DNA of 64,000 nucleotides from Gammaproteobacteria bacterium (GTDB lineage Bacteria; Pseudomonadota; Gammaproteobacteria; JBCCGL01): NCBI GenBank assembly GCA_965277715.1, contig OZ255836.1, positions 1,760,001 to 1,824,000 of the forward strand, read 5' to 3'. Shown piece by piece: positions 10,576 to 18,849 of this stretch (position 1 is its first letter; each line of letters starts with the position of its first letter). The notes under the pieces were generated by a model. It saw only the letters and a program-made list of their open reading frames with translations, ran no database searches and was not told where the DNA came from. The position numbers and the translations under genes were made by a program.

Positions 10576-11023
10576 CACTTTGTACTTCCAGCAGTACGGC
10601 GATCGCGTTCCACCCAACCCCAACGAAGTTTTTGCCCAGGCAAAAAAATACCACGCGCTGGGTGTGATAGAACTCTATGTGATTGGCTCTTCGCACCATC
10701 TTATTCTTGAGGACTGTTACACCGAGCGGCTATCCTGCGAAACCAACTTGCCTGAACAACTGCGGGGCGATAGTCATTGCTATAAAAAAGATACGCCTAT
10801 TGGCGTGTTCCGCACAAGGCTTTGGCAGGAGGCCTTTCCCAACGACCAATTTCCCTCACTAGAACAGGAAAAACTGTCAGAGGACTGGGATATTAAACAC
10901 TGCTTTCTAAAAAACGCTGCGTTTACCGCAATACGCGTCAACGACAATACCATCGTCACCCTCCATTCCTACCCAGAGCATTGCAGCCTGGTATTTAGCG
11001 AGACCACATTACCCATCGACTGA
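10565..11023 (+). CDS. DUF2617-like protein
   Basis: VIGSSH..., E.LSC and TLHSYPE resemble the DUF2617 motifs as recalled; translationally coupled to the upstream gene. Confidence 0.55.
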   Translation: MPLNTLYFQQYGDRVPPNPNEVFAQAKKYHALGVIELYVIGSSHHLILEDCYTERLSCETNLPEQLRGDSHCYKKDTPIGVFRTRLWQEAFPNDQFPSLEQEKLSEDWDIKHCFLKNAAFTAIRVNDNTIVTLHSYPEHCSLVFSETTLPID

Positions 11024-12155
11024 CACGCCGTACACACCACTCGAAACTGTATTTACCACCGTTTAACCGATCCCATTGGCACAGAACAACGTAGAAAACA
11101 GCGATAAAACCCCAGGCCATAAGCAGCGCCACCGTGTAACTGACAACACCATCCCCTACCAGGCGCCCCGCATTGTCAAGATACAAATAACCGTAAAGCC
11201 GGAGGATAAACAACGCAAAAATATTATGGATAATATAAGCTGAAAGTGAGAACTTGCTATAAACCTGTAGAAAGCTACGCAGTCTGGGGTGGTTGCTCAG
11301 CCCGTTGCCACCGACGAGGGTATAACTTATCGCAAGGGAGAAAATAACGACACCAAGCGCCCCAATCATAAACGCTGTTGTCGCGGGAAAATAGTTATAG
11401 CTAAACACATAAACACTTCCCCACTCCAACTGCACTATCGCCGCGCTACCCAGTAACAACAGCGAACCCAGCAGTACTGTAGCAGCTATCCGTCCACTCT
11501 GGAGCGTTCCACCAGCAAAGACCCAGCGGGCAAACATATAGCCCGCAACCGGAAACACCAACCAGGGGATAAAAGGTTGGTAGCCACGCAAGAAATAGTT
11601 CTTCAAAACCTCGGTGAACAGAGCAACCCCCTCGAAAGTCTGATACTGGGAGGGCCAAAATATCTGATCATAACTCAGTACCTGATATCCAGACCACGCC
11701 TGAAGATAAGGGGCGCTGAGTAGAAGCAACGCCAAAAAAACCAACGGAACAAAAAGCATCGTTGCGCGAAAAGCCGCCACCACGATCACCCCGAGCCCCA
11801 ACAAATTTAATATGCTGCCAACCATTAAACCTCCATTTGACAACATAGACATAACCAAGCCGATGACAAACAACCCTATACCACGCACCATCAGCTGTCC
11901 GGTCATATGCGCCGATGAGTACTGAGATTGATTACCAAGACGCCAGAGCCAAACACTTACCCCTACCAGGAAAGCGAACGCAGGCGCAGAGTAGCTTTCC
12001 ATATCGATCCAATAGAACAGTAGCCCATCAGTAACCGTGCCCAACTCGCGCAAGGCATACCAATCTGACCAGTAATAGACAAAATGTCCCTGGATCATAA
12101 ATAAAATCGCCAATGCTCTCACTACATCAATCCAAATGAACCTATCTCTATCCAA
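10995..12155 (-). CDS. DUF1624 / HGSNAT-like membrane acyltransferase
   Basis: RFIWIDVVRALAILFMIQGH, APAFAFLVGVS, PFIPW, SLSAYIIH. TTG start with AGGA upstream. Confidence 0.75.
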   Translation of the reverse strand: MDRDRFIWIDVVRALAILFMIQGHFVYYWSDWYALRELGTVTDGLLFYWIDMESYSAPAFAFLVGVSVWLWRLGNQSQYSSAHMTGQLMVRGIGLFVIGLVMSMLSNGGLMVGSILNLLGLGVIVVAAFRATMLFVPLVFLALLLLSAPYLQAWSGYQVLSYDQIFWPSQYQTFEGVALFTEVLKNYFLRGYQPFIPWLVFPVAGYMFARWVFAGGTLQSGRIAATVLLGSLLLLGSAAIVQLEWGSVYVFSYNYFPATTAFMIGALGVVIFSLAISYTLVGGNGLSNHPRLRSFLQVYSKFSLSAYIIHNIFALFILRLYGYLYLDNAGRLVGDGVVSYTVALLMAWGFIAVFYVVLCQWDRLNGGKYSFEWCVRRVSRWVMWSR

Positions 12156-12181
12156 TGTAATATTCCTGTTTGTTGAAATTC

Positions 12182-13744
12182 TTACTGTGCATCGGCAACC
12201 AGGTCGATTCGCGAAAAAAATACCCCACATAACAGCATAGACGCACACAGCATTACTATCGGCCACGAACCCCAGCGAGTATAAAACGTACCACCAAAAC
12301 GTGGTTTTACCTCACCGTACACACTGTATTGGCCAACAGTTGGCCCACGGTTAATCAACACACCATTGTGGGCAATCACGGCAGAAAGGCCCTTGTTACT
12401 TGAGTAAAGCGCCGGTTTTTGGCTTTCTATAGCCCTTACCCGTGCATTCAGCAACAAATACGAGGCGACCCAGCCTCCGCTAAACCAACCAACATCACTG
12501 GTGTGAACATGCAGGTGGGAGCCATGCAGGCGGTCGCGTAATTCATCGCCGAACAGCACCTCAAAACAAATTGACGCCGCAAGCCTAAGCTCCTGGTAAT
12601 CGACAGAACCCGTTTGACCCGTCCCTGGCACCAAACGACTCATATAGGCGTTAGGCAACAGCGTAGACACCCACGAAAACCACGTGGGGGAATATTCACC
12701 AAAAGGTATTAAGTGTTGTTTTCTATAACTGGCTTCACCGGTACTCGCGTCGATAATCGCATTGTACTTGCGCTCGCCATCCTGTAAATAGCCGCCAAAC
12801 AATACTGTAGTGCCCATTTTCGCGAGCCGCGAAAAACTATCGGTAAATGCGTCAGCAAGCTGCCGATAATCAGTGCTGGCAGTAGATTCCGGCCATAAAC
12901 TGATATCCGGTAAAGGGGCCTGCCCGGCCAGTGCAGCGTAATGCTTTATACGGCGCACAACATCTGCCCGACTGTCCTTTTCACCCAAATCAAAATCACC
13001 TTGTATAACTTGAACGTTAAGGGGCTTGACGTTGAGCGGCTGCGTCCACTGAACCTGGCGTAAACTGAAAACGATAAAAGCCAAACACGCCAAACCGCAG
13101 CACGCCATCACCAACGTATTCCAGCGCAGCCTAGTCAGCACCAGACACAACAGACCAACACCAAAATACAACAGTAAACTCAACCCCAGGATGCCTGTAA
13201 GTGGCAACAACGAATTAAACCCCCGGTCTACGAGCAGGTAACCCGCCTGTTGCCAGGGAAACCCTGTCCAAAGCCAACTGCGTATCCACTCGCTAAGGCA
13301 TCCACTAGCAGGCAATATGCCCAACCACCACCACGCACTTTTCCGCTGTACAAACGTAAAACGGGTGACAATACTGGCTATAAGCACATAATACATAGCC
13401 TGAAGCAGAATAATGCTCAATATAAGTGCCCCGGTAGTCCATTTTCCATGGCCTTCAAAGTGCGAGGCAATATCAAATAACCAATACAAGCCACACAAAA
13501 AGTAACCAATACCAAAGATACCAGCCAACATCAGCGCGTGTCGATAACGACTAATCTGTAGTAACCGGTAAAGAAGCACATGGCCAAGCAGCCACAACCA
13601 GAAATAGGCGTTGTATTGGAATGCCAAAGCTGCACAAACACCGCTAATAAACGCTATGGCGACAGCCGGTATAAAGCCAATTGATTGCAGTGAAGTCGAT
13701 TTTATTAAAGCCACAACCCAAACCTGGTTTCTACTGTTATGCAA
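12182..13744 (-). CDS. lnt: Apolipoprotein N-acyltransferase
   Basis: EWIRSWLWTGFPW; triad motifs WPES, YRKQHLIPFGEY and SICFE; RAIE. Exact start uncertain. Confidence 0.88.
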   Translation of the reverse strand: MHNSRNQVWVVALIKSTSLQSIGFIPAVAIAFISGVCAALAFQYNAYFWLWLLGHVLLYRLLQISRYRHALMLAGIFGIGYFLCGLYWLFDIASHFEGHGKWTTGALILSIILLQAMYYVLIASIVTRFTFVQRKSAWWWLGILPASGCLSEWIRSWLWTGFPWQQAGYLLVDRGFNSLLPLTGILGLSLLLYFGVGLLCLVLTRLRWNTLVMACCGLACLAFIVFSLRQVQWTQPLNVKPLNVQVIQGDFDLGEKDSRADVVRRIKHYAALAGQAPLPDISLWPESTASTDYRQLADAFTDSFSRLAKMGTTVLFGGYLQDGERKYNAIIDASTGEASYRKQHLIPFGEYSPTWFSWVSTLLPNAYMSRLVPGTGQTGSVDYQELRLAASICFEVLFGDELRDRLHGSHLHVHTSDVGWFSGGWVASYLLLNARVRAIESQKPALYSSNKGLSAVIAHNGVLINRGPTVGQYSVYGEVKPRFGGTFYTRWGSWPIVMLCASMLLCGVFFSRIDLVADAQ

Positions 13745-13929
13745 GCTAACTCCACACTCAATTGAAAATAAACCTAATGCCGTTTACTCTATAACAGTTA
13801 GGTAGTTACGCTTATAAGTATTTTTTTCGCCAACCTGCAAAAAGGAACTTTTTGGTTGTGCAAAATGTAAAACTATGCATAATTACACTTGCAGTTTAAC
13901 AAAATTTATTTTAGAGGAGATTTAATACA

Positions 13930-14271
13930 ATGTTTAATAGGATGCTTATATTAGCTACATTACTTTTATCATCCAATACGGCTTGGGCCATTTCTTCCGA
14001 AACCGGAAAAATAACATCACTTTCAATTGGAGAAAGCGGCTACGTTTCTGTCTACCTTGATGGTACCGATGACAATAGCCAATGTTCAGGAGGGGCCAGA
14101 TGGACACTATATAAAAATGACCCAATGTTTGAGGGTAAATACTCCACTCTTTTAGCGGCATATATCTCGGGAAAAACCATCGGTCTTAGGCATCTAAGTT
14201 CTACATGCGGCCTGTATTCAGGTAATATTATCGAGATGATTAGTATTAATCTTTCCTACCAAAGCCAATAA
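13930..14271 (+). CDS. Small secreted protein, possible AB5-B-like OB fold
   Basis: AGAGGAG ribosome-binding site, signal peptide ending AWA, two Cys, YSTLLAAYISGKTI helix-strand motif. Confidence 0.65.
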   Translation: MFNRMLILATLLLSSNTAWAISSETGKITSLSIGESGYVSVYLDGTDDNSQCSGGARWTLYKNDPMFEGKYSTLLAAYISGKTIGLRHLSSTCGLYSGNIIEMISINLSYQSQ

Positions 14272-14317
14272 ACAGAATTCAGTTCAAAGTTTTAAAAAAA
14301 TTCACAATCGGATAATC

Positions 14318-14344
14318 ACCGGGGGTAATCGAACCCCCGGTTTC
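14318..14344 (+). terminator. Stem-loop downstream of the secreted-protein gene
   Basis: ACCGGGGGT-AATCGA-ACCCCCGGT followed by only a short T tract. Confidence 0.45.
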
Positions 14345-14616
14345 GACAGAGAAACATCAAGTATTAAAGACAAGTTGCTGACAGCAGTATACAGCTACTT
14401 TGTGGGGAAGATTCACCTATTGCTGTGATTTACCAAACTGCTGTTGTACAAACCGCCGTTTTTCAACCACATTCTGATCGTAGTAACATCACTGCGTTAT
14501 AACGGTAATGTGGCAACACAAATTTCTACTGAAAATATTATGCCCTGGGGTGTTCAACGCCATTAACTTAATTGATCAGCGGCGTAAAAGCCCTTTAGCA
14601 CTTTACAATCGCCACT

Positions 14617-15180
14617 ATGCGCACCTATTTTGATAACGTTGACACCCTGCATCGCTACACCCTGGAACTTGACCTCCATCAGGATGAGCTACTATGCCCT
14701 AACTGGTTTAAATGCAACTCGTTTGTCTCCCACGGCTTTGTCTACAAACAGATCTCCAGCACCCAGAAAGTTGTTGTCGGCAAACGCATTTTCTGCACGA
14801 ATCGACACGCAAAAACGGGCTGCGGCACAACTCGTAGACTGTATCTGGCCGAGACCATTCCCTCCCTTCGCTACTCCACTCAGCACCTTTTTACCTTTCT
14901 TTTATCGTTGATCGCATTGTGTAGTATTCAACAGGCCTATGAAGCCGCTACCGGTACTAAAGACCCTCGCAATGCGTATCGTTGGTTACATAAGCTAAGC
15001 CTTAAATTGATGAACTTCAGACAAGGACTCACCTTACACGCACCCTCCCTTGCCGAACGTTTCAAGACGCGAACACGACGTTTGAGAGTAATATTGCCTA
15101 CCCTGCAAACCCTGTTTTCAACTCTACCCACCAACCCCTGCACCCACTACCAGCACCGCCGACAAACGGCGTTTATTTAA
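14617..15180 (+). CDS. Transposon-associated Zn-finger-like protein (DUF6431-like)
   Basis: LCPNW...SHG.VYK...RIFCTNR...GCGTT, then an HTH-like segment (YRWL). The second Cys of the first CxxC appears replaced by Trp. Confidence 0.6.
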   Translation: MRTYFDNVDTLHRYTLELDLHQDELLCPNWFKCNSFVSHGFVYKQISSTQKVVVGKRIFCTNRHAKTGCGTTRRLYLAETIPSLRYSTQHLFTFLLSLIALCSIQQAYEAATGTKDPRNAYRWLHKLSLKLMNFRQGLTLHAPSLAERFKTRTRRLRVILPTLQTLFSTLPTNPCTHYQHRRQTAFI

Positions 15181-15394
15181 CGTTTACCATCATCAGGATA
15201 CCCGCTGATTTACCCAATACACCCCAAATATGAACCACCATCACAAATAGGCATTACCACATTATCATCCACCGCCGCGCAAAACCATGAGGCTTTATCG
15301 CCTCCTCTATTCTTGCAACAGAATCCGTCACTCGTTTAACACCATGGCGCTCTCTACCATCCCCAACCTCATCCATCGTTTAATCAGGTCTAAC

Positions 15395-16636
15395 ATGAAA
15401 TCCACTCAACATCCTCCCCTCGAACTCAGGCTGCGTGTCTTAAGCGCTATCGATTATGCGCCCGGCCAGTCGATCCGCAAACGCATCAAACAGGTCGCCA
15501 ACCGTACCTTCCACGACGAACAAACCGGGTGCCAGTACACCTTTACCTGGCGAACCATCAGCACCTGGTTGTACCGGTATAAAAAACACGGTGTCACCGC
15601 ACTTGATAGCAAAACCCGCGCGGATAAAAACAGTTACCGGAAAATCCAGCTCAACGAATTGGCTGAGGCCATTAATGACATCCTTCCAACGTTAAGTCAC
15701 AATAAAATAGGCATCGTTCCAAAACAGGCCATTTATCGCCAGTGACTTCAGCGCAATTACTTTCAGCGTAGCCAACTCTCACAAACCTCTTTCTATTGTA
15801 TGCTTAGAGAAAATGATCTGCTTAATGGTGAACAAATACAAAAACTTCGACGATCCTTTTCTATGCAGTTTGCCAATGAACTCTGGCAGGCCGATACCCT
15901 GTATGGGCCTTCAATCAAACAACCCGATGGCAAATGGAAAAAGACCTTTCTGATCGCCTTTATTGACGATGCCAGCCGGGTCATTACCCACGGCGAATTC
16001 TTTTATCGGGATAATACCGACAACATGGTGGAGGCCTTTCGAACCGCTCTGTTTAAACGCGGTAAACCCGAAAGACTCTACTTTGATAACGGGGCCAACT
16101 ACACCTCTAAAGAAATACTACAAGCCTGTGTGCGCCTGAATATTCATCTGTCCCATGCACCCATTAGGGACGGTGCAGCAAAAGGTAAAATCGAACGGTT
16201 CTTTCGGGGATTCCGTGATCGGTTTTTAGTCCAACATGTAACCTTTGAGTCATTGGATAAACTCAACGCGCTGACCGGTGAATGGGTAGAAAATGACTAT
16301 AACACCAAGCACCATACCGGCATTGGAATGATACCGATTGACCGGTTTAACCTCGACCATAGCCGTATCCATTTCCTCACTGACGATGAGTACACCGAAG
16401 AGGTTTTCTTTATCCAAGAAAATCGCAAAGTCAGTAAAACCAATGTCTTTTCTATCAACTCACAAAAATACGAATGCCCGGTGGATTTGCGGAAAAAAAC
16501 TATCCAGGTGCGTTATGACCGGACTAAGCGAGATCGTTTTGTGGTCTATTTTGCTGACACACGTATGGGGGACCCCACAGTACTGGATCTCCACTATAAC
16601 GCTAACCTCAGAAAAAAGGCGCTAACCCATGATTAA
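15395..16636 (+). pseudogene. DDE integrase / Mu-like transposase with an in-frame stop
   Basis: HTH (RTISTWLYRYKKHG) in frame with the rve core (WQADT, IDDASR, LYFDNG, KGKIERFF); TGA at 15743-15745. Confidence 0.85.
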
Positions 16637-17435
16637 ATCCATCTTCGGACTCACCAAAGAACCCTTTAATCGACGTGACTTGACACTATTGCCCCAACAG
16701 AAGAAGATCCTTGATATCATCAAGATTCACTCCCAGCAAGGGGGTTTCTCTGTCGTTATCGGCAAACCTGGTGTCGGTAAAAGCGTACTGTTTGAGCATA
16801 TTGAAAATCTGCAAAAAGAACGCAACATCACGGTTGTATCCTGCTCACGCACTTTGCATACTTACCTCAATATTCTCAAACAACTGGCGGAGTCGTTTAA
16901 AATTGAGGTCGCTGTTAAAGACTTGGAAAAGGAATTAATCATCAGCGCATTTAATCATATCCGGGATCGAAAAACGCTTTATATCCTGATTGATGAAGCG
17001 CATTTATTGGACATGCTAGTGTTGCGAAAGCTAAGGTTATTGTTTGAACGTTTTCCGAAAAAACATAACCTGATACTGTTTGGACAGCGGGATTTATTGT
17101 ATTACCTGTCTATGAATGTAAACCAGGATATCAAGAGTCGTATTACTTATTCTGAAAATATATCCCCGCTCAATGACGATGACCTGGAACGTTATATCAT
17201 CAAAGAGTTGGAAGCGGTTAGGATGGGCATTAATACCTTTGATAGCGCCGCTATCGAGCTGATCGTACGTTCAGCACAGGGAAACTTACGGCTCTGCCGC
17301 AATCTGTGTTATGGCAGTCTTATCGAAGCTTGTAGAGAAACCAAAAAAATCGTGACAATCAGTTATGTCAACAATGTGTTGGTACAACCCCATTGGCGCT
17401 CTCATGAAGAATTAATCAAACAGCAAGTGGCGTAA
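16629..17435 (+). CDS. ExeA/TnsC-like AAA ATPase (transposition helper)
   Basis: FGLTKEPF, Walker A GKPGVGKS, Walker B ILIDEAHLL, S.GNLR; overlaps the transposase stop. Confidence 0.85.
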   Translation: MIKSIFGLTKEPFNRRDLTLLPQQKKILDIIKIHSQQGGFSVVIGKPGVGKSVLFEHIENLQKERNITVVSCSRTLHTYLNILKQLAESFKIEVAVKDLEKELIISAFNHIRDRKTLYILIDEAHLLDMLVLRKLRLLFERFPKKHNLILFGQRDLLYYLSMNVNQDIKSRITYSENISPLNDDDLERYIIKELEAVRMGINTFDSAAIELIVRSAQGNLRLCRNLCYGSLIEACRETKKIVTISYVNNVLVQPHWRSHEELIKQQVA

Positions 17436-17825
17436 GGGAGAGAGCCAGGATACCCACCTTATCCTTTTCGGACAGTGAAAATAGCATCAACTCTTAGAGA
17501 AACGTTGTTTGCGACATCTATCGTAACAGGGGGCTATGTGCTCCCTGTTACAAGTTAACCCATGACATCATAAAGGGCAACCTACGAGAGTATCGTGGTC
17601 AGCCGAGGTTATCGTACGGGTATAATATGGATGGGTAAAACGTCAGATTTTAATGCGGTAAAAGTATTTTTTATTATGATCGGAATGTGGCAAAAACGCC
17701 GAAAAACTGAAAAATACTATGATAGATAATTTGGGGATTTATACGATCAGAAAGTGGCACGCTACAATGTCCTTGCATATTTCTATATAGTGCCTGTCCT
17801 ATTTCTACTTTCATCTTTTAAATAG

Positions 17826-18112
17826 TAAATAACTAGCCTGACCCCTTTTGTTCTTTTGACAAACCGTATCCTTTATTGATGCAGCCAAGGGACGTGGCCA
17901 GAAGTGTTGTTAAAAAATATGGCCATCCCAAAAAACAGAAATAGGTCATTTACAATGAAAGTACTTCCATATTTTTCATGTACTTAGAGCTTAAGGAAGT
18001 GCCATTCTAGCCTGACCCCTTTTCTTCCTTTTCTTTTTAAAAAAGCCTCCGGTATACGAGGCTTTAACAAAAAGTACTTTGTTTATACTAAATAACTAGC
18101 CTGACCCCTTTT
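17826..18112. repeat. Three direct repeats with core CTAGCCTGACCCCTTTT
   Basis: TAAATAACTAGCCTGACCCCTTTT is identical at 17826-17849 and 18089-18112; the 17-bp core recurs at 18007-18023. Each copy is followed by CTTTT-rich stutter. Confidence 0.85.
18039..18065 (-). terminator. Probable intrinsic terminator downstream of the Rhs-immunity operon
   Basis: Minus strand AAAGCCTC-GTATACCG-GAGGCTTTTTT. Confidence 0.6.
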
Positions 18113-18180
18113 CTTTCTTTTCTTTCTAGTTACAACTAGCTCACCTGCACCATCAGATAAGACGCGTGAACCCAACCTAT

Positions 18181-18849
18181 CTAAAGCAGGCCGAACACCA
18201 GAGTTTTTAAAGACGCAATCAGCTCCATTTCCACAATCGTATTGCGCCCCCTTTTGTGCATGCAAGAAAGCAATGAGTCTTGTTCCACTGTACTTTCCAA
18301 GTGCTGAATGTACTTTCTATATTTTCCCGTGTAAATATGGGAGATTTTATTTCGAATTTTTTCATCCGCAAAATCACTACTATAAATATCATCTAAAACA
18401 TCCTTGACATCGTTTAAATAAAAATAGTTAACTACGCCTTTCCCTATATCTACTCCCGGATAAATAGCTTCATACAAAACTTCAACATTAGAATTTTCTT
18501 TCAATACTTCTTTGTATATCTCATTAAAGAGTTCAATATATTGAACTCTTTCCAAGCATTGCATCGCATAGACAACAATTTTTTTCTCATCCAAATTTAG
18601 ATTGGGATTTTGTATTGCATTAACTGCGTAATCAAAGAAAACACTAGGTTTTCTATATATATGCGAGAATTTTTCATCATTTATTAAAACCGTGTTAGAT
18701 GAATAATCAAAAAATCTATAAAAATTAATTTTAAGAGCGATATCACCGATAGCCTCTATAAATGATGATTCTTCCAATAGAGTGCTCTGTTCGTTTTGAT
18801 CAATACATGATGCCAATAAAAAGATCAACCCAAATAGAATCCTTTTCAT
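18181..18849 (-). CDS. Lipoprotein, putative immunity protein of the Rhs toxin
   Basis: MKRILFGLIFLLAS|C lipobox, ATGA overlap with the Rhs stop, AT-rich. Confidence 0.75.
   Translation of the reverse strand: MKRILFGLIFLLASCIDQNEQSTLLEESSFIEAIGDIALKINFYRFFDYSSNTVLINDEKFSHIYRKPSVFFDYAVNAIQNPNLNLDEKKIVVYAMQCLERVQYIELFNEIYKEVLKENSNVEVLYEAIYPGVDIGKGVVNYFYLNDVKDVLDDIYSSDFADEKIRNKISHIYTGKYRKYIQHLESTVEQDSLLSCMHKRGRNTIVEMELIASLKTLVFGLL

Larger units (their letters stand above)
14445..17766 (+). mobile_element. Three-gene Mu/Tn7-like transposon (Zn-finger protein, DDE transposase, AAA ATPase), inactive
   Basis: Inverted end motifs CCACATTCTGATCGTA (14467-14482) versus TATGATCGGAATGTGG (17675-17690) and TACGATCAGAAAGTGG (17742-17757). 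Right end ...CTACA. Left boundary uncertain and no target duplication found. Confidence 0.7.

Noticed and set aside
15743-15745. TGA-to-Trp recoding suggested by TGA at Trp-like sites in transposases
   Set aside because: Host genes end in TGA (cysI; 9881-9883), and TAG occurs at equivalent sites in other relics, so simple mutation explains it.
16629-17435. ExeA-like ATPase as a type II secretion component or the missing MshM
   Set aside because: It is coupled to a DDE transposase, lies inside transposon ends and lacks membrane or peptidoglycan-binding domains.
17826-18112. CRISPR array
   Set aside because: Only three repeats, very unequal and long spacers, a non-palindromic repeat and no cas genes.
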